This document shows positions 49,874 through 59,357 of a stretch of DNA of 64,000 nt, in pieces. The position numbers and the translations under genes were made by a program. This DNA is from Amoebophrya sp. A120 (Eukaryota; Protista; Dinoflagellata). How positions within the stretch are numbered: position 1 is the stretch's first letter; the number at the start of each line of letters is the position of its first letter. The notes under the pieces were generated by a model. It searched no databases and was not told where the DNA came from. It saw nothing but the letters and a program-made list of their open reading frames with translations. The stretch lies in assembly GCA_905178155.1 (NCBI GenBank), contig CAJINV010000011.1:581982-645981 (forward strand), read 5' to 3'.

Positions 49874-52800
49874 ATGAATCCGCTGCGGCACTTCCTGGAG
49901 GCGCATCCCAAGTACAACCCCGACCAGACCACGCGCGCCGATGACCTTCGCCAGGCCCAGAACGAGCTGCGACGGTGTTCGCGATGCGCGGACGGCGTGT
50001 CCACCAACCAAGCGCGGCTGCCGAAGCAGGAGGTATGCAATGCCAATGCAAAAGTATCGTACTCGTATAAATGCATTACAAATTTCCTCAGGATGAGAAA
50101 TAAAATTTGTAATGCGAATTTACCTTAAGATGAAAATTTCTAATGCATGACTGCAATACGAGTACGATACTTTTGCACAGGATAGGAGGGACCGTGGGAC
50201 GATGCTGCGTGCATCGACGAGCTGGTGCAGAACATGGACGACCACGTATCAAAAGGAAAAATTCCCCCTCCCCATATCAAAACGAAGTTTCTGATGCTGG
50301 ATTTGCGTACACAAATCAGATTTGTCTTGCTGGAGAGGATTGCAGGCCTATACTAAGCCTGAGTAGAGAGGTTTTCTGCTAGACGCTAAGCATGGCAAAC
50401 GCCTAGTCTGTAGGGCCAACAGCATCACAAACCGCCTGCAGAATGCGGCGGAGCCTGTGTAGTTTCGGCCCTGCAAGACAGAGATGATTTGAGGTCACAA
50501 ATGAGCATTACAAATTTCCTGAGACGTGCCTTTTCGATATGGGGAGGGGGGATTTTTGCTTACGATACCACGTGCGGCTGATGAACCAGAATGCGCACGC
50601 TATCCTGTGTAAAAACGTCACCTCCACCCCAGGGTCAAGCGGAAAGCCTAGCAACGCAGATCCAGAAATTTTGGGTACCAATTTTTTATATCCGTGTAAA
50701 ATAGGAAAATATGCGTGCGCACTAGACAAGTTTGGGCGAGCACTTTGATCTGATGTTTTGCTAGTGCCGCCGCATGAATAGATTATAAAGCGACTCGTGA
50801 AGATTCTAGCCCAGGACAAACTCCCCGGAGACAGCATTGGAAAAGGCGGCCTGTCATGTGGCTGCGCATGAGAAACTTTTTAGGCATGCCGATTTGCATG
50901 ACAGCTCTCGTCGGTTGGGGACTCCGGCGTTTTTCCCCAGCATACACGTCGAATTTACGGAGCCGGAGTTCGCCGTTTGTACAGTCAGGACGACCACTAC
51001 TCGCCGGCTGTACTACAGCCACACGTCGCGGTTTCGCCCGCAGTTCGGGTACTTGCTCCGTTGTTCTCCTGTTTCTTCATCTACTACCGCAGAAGGAGTA
51101 GAACACCGAAAAAGTAGTAGACCCCCGCGGAACGGCGCACTTAGTGCTGCAACTACACATGATAGTAGTACTGCTGCTTCCAACAAGAAGCACCGCCTCG
51201 GGTGTCTCGGGGTCTCCTCCGATTACATCTACCTGCTTAACTACGAGACGTGTTTCCGCCCGCGGAACTTGGTGGTGGGCTACACGGGGGAAGAGAAGCG
51301 GGAAACGTGTCAAGCCCGGAAGCTGGCGTATCACAGTGAAAAATGCCCCCACCCCCAAAGTTGCAATAATTTGTGATGCGAAGTTTCCAAGTGAAAACTT
51401 TTTGTCATGCCTGAAAGGAGTGTAAATCTTTCTGATTCAGATTCTAGGCGTAAATAGCATCGTTCGGATGACAAGCGACGCTCTTGCTGGGATCTTTTGC
51501 AATGCAAATTTTTGCTATTCACGAAGATGGAAAGTCTGTGACGCTGATAGACGCAAAAGGGCGAGTGTTTCAGGTGGAAAGGTTTGCAATACGAATGCTC
51601 CCAAGTTCGGGGGTGGGGGCGTTTTTTATGGTAATATGGCGAAGGGGAAATTCGGCGACGGGCTGAACAGCTCCATCAACCGGCTTTTGTCGTCCTCCTG
51701 TAAGGAAATGAAGCGGTCCGTGGAAATTTTCACGTGCGGTTGGCGCTACACGTTTTTCTTCAGCGACAAAGCGAGTCCGACGGGGGTCGAGACTTTAGCC
51801 TACACGGTGGAGCCTTTTGATATGTATAACACACCACCACCAGCTGCGGGGACCACGCGGGGGAGTAGTAGTAGTGTTTGCGGGATGAACAACAATCGAA
51901 ATAGCTGTGGTTCTTTCCCACCGGAGCTTGATTTCGATGCGAACAGCGATACTTTAGTCCGTATCTACGCCCCCCAGTTCCAGTTCGACTACAGTCGGTA
52001 TCTGTTCTTCCTGCGTTCTGATAAGCACGGCAAAAGTAGAAATCCGATACTAGTATGAATTGCATCTTCACAGACTTTCTCTCAGCATGAAAAATTGAAT
52101 TTGCAATGCTGATTAGCGTGGTACAGAGGTAGATCTGTCTTGCTGATGCATGCTCGCGATTACTACAAATGCGATGCTTTTGGAGTGCATATCTGACCAG
52201 GTGTTGCAGCTCGTTGTAAAAAAGCCGGAGATGATATTGAATCATGCTAATTCATCTCGGGCTAGCGGAAAGCAAATTCTCTTGGATGTTGCCAACAAGA
52301 AGGCCGACCACTCCCACCACGACGAAGAGGTTTTTGACGCAGCCCCGCCCAGAATGCAGGTGGAGGTGCTTGCCAGCGTCGAAACCCGCAACCGCATGTA
52401 CGTGAAGGGTATGGTCGTGATCGATCGGAACCGCCGGAACGGCACCGGGCCCCGCCTGCGTAACCTCATGTTCGGGTACAACCTGGTTGATTTCGAGATG
52501 CGCTACCGCGACCGACAGGAGAGCCTGTCGTTGCAAGATCAGCAGGAGGCCGTGACGCTCGGGTGGCACGCGCTGCGAGACAACAAACCGGCCATGAGCA
52601 ATTTGTTTGAAGCGCTGCTGGGGCATGAACTCTGTTTCGAGCTCCAGGTGCTGTCCGAAAACGTCTGCGAGGAGACGAAGGAGATCTGTGTATCCTAAGG
52701 AAAAACATCCCCACCCGAGAGTCAAGATGGGGATCTCGCAACACAAGCCAAGAAGTTTTGGGAGTCACGCATGACAAGTTCCTCTCTGTATTGTAGTACA

Positions 52801-55800
52801 GTTTAGCAAGCGCAGCCGCATCACAAAGCCATCTGCTCATCCTCTTTGCAGCATTACAGAGTCCAAAACACGATTGCAAACGCCTCTCATGGGGATGCGC
52901 GTTACAAATTTTCCTGTGACTGCAAATCTGCATGACAACTATGGGGTTGGAATATAGTGGCCGGGAGATGATGGTGATGGCACTTTGGTGTCCGCCTGAC
53001 CCACCCGCCCTGCGTCTCAAGCCATCTGCGGCCATGGCACAAAGGGGGGGCAAAGTGCGTCGCATTTTGTTTAGCATGACAACTATGGGGTGGGGACGTT
53101 TTTACTCAGGATACTGTGTTGCGATGAAGGCAGCGTTTGCGGAGAAGTACGGGGTAATATGCGAAGAAAAAAGTGTTACAGTTACTTACAAACTCTGATG
53201 CAAGACCAGCAAGAGAGATAACCTCTGTCGTGCAGGAAATGCTTTCCAGCCTCATTTCATGCGTGTTCTTTTCCCTTATCGTCTGCGCATTACAAGTTTT
53301 CTTCGCTACGCGGTAGAGCGACTTCGTGATGCTGAAATTGCAACGAATGTGGAACTGTAACACTTTTTTCCTGTGATAGGTAAATGCAAGACCCTACTGC
53401 GATGAAAAGACGAAGGCGGCGATCGAGAAATTACAGCTGCTGCCGCAGAAGGTATAAAAGGGATCATATATTTTTTCAGTGCTGAATGAAGATGCTAGGT
53501 ATAAAAGCTATGCTCTAATTTCTGCTATTCAAAATTTTTTAAAAATCTCACTGCAGTGTTTGCGAATCAATGCTATTTTTTTACCTGCACAAAAAGAAAC
53601 CCAGGTTCCCCTCCCTCTCATGCGCCTTCTCCAGAACCTCTTTGTCTCCCCGGAGCGCGAGCTGGAGACCCAAAATTCCGCCAAGCTCATCAAGTCCCGG
53701 CACGTGCGGCACTCGCAGCGGGACAAGACCTATCGCGGTCTGTACAGCGCGCTGCAAGCCGCGGTGGAATCGTGCGTGGTCGCTCCGGAAGACGATGTGA
53801 TTGACGACCCGATCGAGTCCAGACAAAATCGGCTCCCGCAACTCCACCTCCGCGACGGGAAGCACATCCAACTCTCCGCCTGCGTGCGAGGCGAGGAGCG
53901 GACGGAGTTTTGGCTTTCTGGATTTCTGAAATACCCGTATTTAAACCGGGGGTACAAACTGGACGAGGAAAAACTATGCATTGCAAAGGTATGATCGTAC
54001 TAGTATAAATCGCATGACAAATTTCCTCAGCGTGAGAAATGTAATGCGGTTTTCACTTGACAAAAAAATTTGTAATGCATGACAGCGATTGCTACGAGTG
54101 CGATACTTTTGCACAGGATAAGAGCCGTGGATCAACAATTGTCCGGTGTTTTGGGCGTGCCGGGACACCCGGAACGTGCCCCACACGAACGGCAGGTTCG
54201 AATACTTCCTCTACTTTGACGGCCACCGGTACTGCATCCAAGCGGCGAACAAACTCCACGACGTGCAGGCGGCGCGGCAAACGTACCCCCTAGCGGAACT
54301 GGTCACCACCGATCTCCCCTGGTGGGCGCCCCGCACGCAGTGGCGGGAGCTTCTGGGGGAAAGGTTGCCGACGAAGAAGGTGGAGGCGAAGGATTTCGAT
54401 GCAAAGCCGGTGGAGGTCACGGCGACAGCAGTTCTTGGAGGAAGACAAAATGCTGAAAGAACACAAAAATCTTCACACAGAACCACCGGCTCCTGTACAA
54501 CACAACAACACGATAGTAGGTTCGATGTTTACGTCAACTGGGACTGCTTTCTCGAAGTTCTGGAGGCGGAAGAGGAGGAAAATTTCGAATTGAACAAAGA
54601 CCTGGCATGCATCCAGCTCGCGGCCGCCTCTGATTTTGCGAAGGACGTTCTGCAGAAGGTACGGGACGGCTTGGGGAAACTACGCACGATCGCGTTAGCG
54701 CAACACGACTGGGACGAGATCTCGAAAAGGGCGCAGGACCGCCTCATCAAAATGTTCATCCCGATGGACGAACAAAATAAATCGCGAGTAGCAGCGGACG
54801 AGGTTCATCTTGCACCAGAAATAATAAACATTAATGAAAATAAGAACAAAAACCGCAGCACAAGCACAACTTCAAGCTGCCTCGAGGACCCTGCGTTAAT
54901 ATTACTGCAGAAGTCCACCTTGGCCAAGTTCCGTTCCACCGACGTTCAGCAGCAGCTCGCGAACTTCGTCGCCGAGCTATTGAGAGGAAAAATCCCCCCT
55001 CCCCATATCGAAAAGGTATGTTTCCGAAAATTTGTCTTGCTGATTTGAGACCACAAATCACGTTTGTCTTGCAAGAAGACAACTCCACAGGCTCTGCCGC
55101 ATCATGCAGGCGGTTTGTGATGCTGTTGGGCCTACACCATAGACGTTTCTCATGCTAAGCGCCTAGGCCACAACTTCTCTACTCAGGCTTGGCAGGAGCC
55201 TGCAGTCCTCTACTGCAAGACACACGTGATTCGTGTACGCAAATTCAGCATCAGAAACTTCCGTTTGATATGGGAAGGGGGGATTTTTCCTTGTGATGCG
55301 AGCAGCTTGCGCGGAAAAAGCTGTGGCTGGACCGGGGAAGCAATACAGATGAAGAAGATGATCCGGATAAAATGCTACTCGGCGACGCGTATGGATTGCA
55401 AATATGTCTGGGTCTGGAAGAGTGGAACTTGTAATGCTGTCTGCGGATTCTAAAAATATCTGTGTTGCATGAGCAGCAAGAGGACTCAGCTTTTGGCACG
55501 CGGAGAGGGCGTGTCTCATGCGTAATTAGCATCAAGAGGCTCTCAAAATCAAAAAATCTGTGTTGCTAGCACCAGCATCACAGACCTCACGGGTCATGCA
55601 AAATGTGCATGACAAGCCCCGACTCTTCCAGACCCAGACATTTTTGCAGTTGATACCGCGGTCTTGCGGTTCTTCACGGCGCTGCAGTGCTTGAAGTCGA
55701 AGCATAGTGTCCACGAAACGGAGGCGATCGACCAGTATCTGTGGAGCGAGGAGTGTCTCGGGAAGAGCTTGTACAAGGACCTCCGGTACACCATTGGGCA

Positions 55801-58234
55801 CAGTTTGGTGCAGTCGGAACAGAAGTACACCACGCTGACAAAGTTTATCGCAAGCAAAAAGTGTTACTGTTACACGCATAGCCTTCTACTATGCAGGGAA
55901 AGCAAGACAGACAACCTCTGTCATGCCGGATATGCATACACACCTTGTTTCGTACGTGTTTTATTCCGGTAGGATTTCTGCAACGCAAGTTTTCTGCCTC
56001 AGGCAGAGAACAAATTTGTGTTGCTGAATTGGCAACAAATGTGTAACTGTCAACACTTTTTCCGTGTGACAAAGTTTCTCGCGACCTTGCTGGAGAGGGA
56101 AAAGCTCCGGCTGCCCCCTGCCTTAGCGGATGTGGCCGCGGGGGTGAAGACGACCGAGGAGTTGCCGTTGCCCACCGTTCTATTACACTGCATCAACGCG
56201 GCACACTTCACGAGCTTGTTGGAACGGAAGAAGGGCTTCGGGAAGGAGAAAAGGGGATTGCTGGACCTCGATTATGGCCGCCGCGCGGGGGAGAAGAAAG
56301 ACGAAGAAATATTAAACGACGTCCTCCTTGGTGCATCGGAACCAGCTGCAAATGCAGGGTCGTTGAAAACAAGCACGCGGTCAAACTCAACATCCGTGAG
56401 GAGCAATAAGCTACTTGGAGAGCCGCGCGGTGGAGCAGGTCCTCCGGCTGCGAGTGCATCGACAAGTGTGGTTGAGCGACGTGGTGAACAAAAATCCGCA
56501 AGAAGCTGCTGCCCTGAGCATGATGGTGAATCGAATGAAGGCATCGTGAAGGGCGCGCTGGAGCTGGCAACGAAGATAAAGACTACGAATCACAATGCTA
56601 GTACGTGGAATTATAACGCGCAAGCAGGAACTACAGTGGCAAGCTACACGGAAGACGCAGTACAAAATTCGGCGCAACATCAAGAAGTAGACTCCACCCG
56701 CCGCCGCCGCACGTCGAGCTTGGAGGCAGCGGAGAAAAGCATACTCTCTAGCAGCGTGGGGACCACGCCGGTGAAAAAGCGCAATGCTTCTACTGCCGAA
56801 GAGGAAAAAATCAAGCGCGATGAGCAGAACGAAAGCGCGGCTGGAAGCGCTGGCGGAGCTGCTGCTTCGAGCTCAAGCAAGTGGCTGGCGAGTGTGCAGA
56901 ACCGGATGAGCAATAAGAGAAAAAGATCTTTGTCCAGCGAAAGCGAGAAGAGCTTCCAGCCGAAGGAACTTTCGTCGGCACTTCAGACGAAGGTTTTGGG
57001 TGCGCGGAAGTCCTCCCCGAAGTTCACCATTGAAGAAGGTCAGTCCTATCCCAGTGCAGCTTCGGAAAGCGACAGAGAAATAAAGCCAGTCAAGGAAAAG
57101 AAGAAAGTGAAATATTATGACAAATCCAAGAAAGAAAAAAAGAAGAAAAAAGCACGGAAGGAAAGAAAAGCGAACAGCGATGGTGAAAAAAGTGACGTCC
57201 TCGAGGAGGTCTCTTTTGACCAACGGCCCGGGCATCTCAAGCTCATGAAGGGCGTAACCCTCAAAGAGCAGAGAGGGAAAAAGATAGAGGAGCAGCGTGA
57301 GGGTGGTGCCCAATCGAAATCCACCTCCGCTACGGAAGGTGGTGCTAAAGCCTATCCCTTTTTCGCCGGTGCAGCAGCTGCAGCAAGAACGACGACTAAA
57401 TCTAATGTTGTCCTCCCGAAGAAGATTTCCCCCCGGCGACAGGCGCAATACGACCGCGACTACCAGGAATTACTACACCTCCGGGAGCAGAACCGCTGTG
57501 AGAATGCGGGCACCCGCCGCTTGGACGAGATTTACCAGGAAGAGAAGGAGGCGCGACAAAGGTTAGAATTGCAGAAGAAGGAAGAAGAGGCACAGAGGCG
57601 GAAGGCAGCACAGGAAGAGAAGTTGAAAAAACTGAGGTACGTCGAAAAGCTGCAGCAGAGCTACCAAAATAACGCGGGCGATGGGAAAATAAATGGGCTG
57701 CTGCTGGAAGAAGCTGGCGAGGCGAGATGTATTTCGCAGCGCAACCCCGGGATGCTGACGCAGAGGAACCCGGCGTCTCTCTCGCAGAGAATTGCAAATC
57801 CGCTGTTGTTAACCACGCCGTCGCCAGAAGTGAATGCAAAAAACACTACTGCGTGTTCTTCTACCGGGGTGGATTTCTATCGGAAATTCTGCCGCGGTGC
57901 GGCAGTGGATTATGGATTGCAAAAATGTCTGGGTGTGGATGATTGCAACTTGTCATGCTAAATCTGAATCAGGCAAAAAACTGTGTCGCATGGTTGCCAA
58001 AAGTTGTGCACCTCTGATCTAATCGAGAGGCAGTTTCTCATGCAGGATAGGCATTCGAAAGGTCCCACAGAATCTGTCATGCTATGTCCTACACACCAGA
58101 CCTCATGGGTCACGGAGAACCTGCATGACAAATCTGGCAATCTTCCAGACCCAGACATTTTTGCAAACCATATGGATCTGAAACCTGCAAAAGGGAAATG
58201 CATCCTCAAGCCAGGACCGAACGGCAGGAGGTAA
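49874..58234 (+). CDS. Large hypothetical protein with a Lys/Glu-rich C-terminal region; 12 introners plus one GT-AG intron
   Basis: Junctions checked are in frame (PKQE|GPWD, DH|VRL, HA|EFT, KLA|KGK, RSD|QVL, IC|VAMK, EEK|PWINNC, AVD|LKP...RR*). No recognisable domain; start uncertain. Confidence 0.7.
50034..50184. mobile_element. Introner, family F
   Basis: TIRs; perfect TSD ggagg. Confidence 0.9.
50247..50567. mobile_element. Introner, family D
   Basis: TIRs; perfect TSD ccacg. Confidence 0.9.
50601..50944. mobile_element. Introner, family B
   Basis: TIRs; flanks cacgc/cacgt. Confidence 0.85.
51329..51636. mobile_element. Introner, family B
   Basis: TIRs; perfect TSD tggcg. Confidence 0.85.
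52022..52191. mobile_element. Introner, family F
   Basis: TIRs; perfect TSD tctga. Confidence 0.85.
52691..53113. mobile_element. Introner, family B, with an internal insertion
   Basis: TIRs; perfect TSD ctgtg. Confidence 0.9.
53158..53378. mobile_element. Introner, family E
   Basis: TIRs; perfect TSD ggtaa. Confidence 0.9.
53975..54120. mobile_element. Introner, family F
   Basis: TIRs; flanks aaaac/agagc. Confidence 0.85.
54978..55298. mobile_element. Introner, family D
   Basis: TIRs; right end TG; perfect TSD cgagc. Confidence 0.9.
55390..55655. mobile_element. Introner, family A
   Basis: TIRs; flanks acgcg/ccgcg. Confidence 0.9.
55846..56071. mobile_element. Introner, family E
   Basis: TIRs; right end CA; perfect TSD aagtt. 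Confidence 0.9.
57911..58172. mobile_element. Introner, family A
   Basis: TIRs; perfect TSD tggat. Confidence 0.9.
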
Positions 58235-59357
58235 TTTTTCGAAAAATTGACGTGTGGCTGGTATTGTTTACATTGGAATCACCTTGCACAGAATAAAATT
58301 ACTATACTAGCGACATTTTTTCACATGATCTACGCGTGACGTGTGACATAAACGATGACAGCAAGTACATGCCGTGTAATTGTGCAGCATGGGTGCATTG
58401 TCCCTATCTGATTTGATAATCAGATCACGCTAATACGCCCTGACGCATCATTCATAAGTAAACATATTTTGCAAAGAGCGGTTTCCTAAACTCTGCATCA
58501 CGAGGGGACGACAGTTGCAATGGATCGCACCTGAAGGACCAGGTTTTATTTCTTCCAAGGATCAAACATAATTTCGGAGCCCTTGCTTCCGCAAATATTT
58601 ATCGTGTTGCAAAATTTGATTTTGTTTTTGTCCTACTGGTTTTTTTTGATACGTAAAAAACAGCTGAATTTCTTGAAGCGTAGTATAATCTGTCGATTCC
58701 ATGACCCGATAGAAAAAAGTTTATCCAGTCGGTGCCATACGTCTTCCAAACCGAAAGTAGATGAACAGAGTGAACACAAACTTCGGTCGTGTGAAACACG
58801 CTCAAATAAGGCCGCCATTCGGTAACATGAGAGCCCACTGTTTCTTTTGTCTTTGCAAATCGTTTCTGTGCGTCGCACTGACGCAGCAAACCGTTTTCCA
58901 TGTCGTTCAAAAATTACTTCCAGGGAACCCCTTTTTGTGGACATTTTTCTTGTACCCTCCCAGTCAGATGAAAATTGAACAAATGCATGCGCGTTCATAG
59001 TGGCACATTTGCTTTGCTCTTGCCAAATCGCATTTACGGTTTCCAGTGACGCGACCTACCATATTACACCAATAGATCCCGCCGCGGTCGTTCTTTTTTT
59101 TTTGCGACAATAAGAAAGCGCGCAGTGTATGTGCCAGGCAATAACGGATTTTAAGCTCGCTCTGTAGAGGAATGTGTGACGTTGAAATTATGCCGTTGAG
59201 CCGCGCTCCCCCGGATCGCGTAACTACACTCGCGCGCCGCCGAGCTGCTCCCGTATAGGAAGCGGCGCCACAGCGACCATTGGTTTTCAGGATAAAAAAG
59301 CCATACTTCGGGAACTGCGGTATACTCGTTCGTACTAGTTCGCGGCCGTGTGACATA

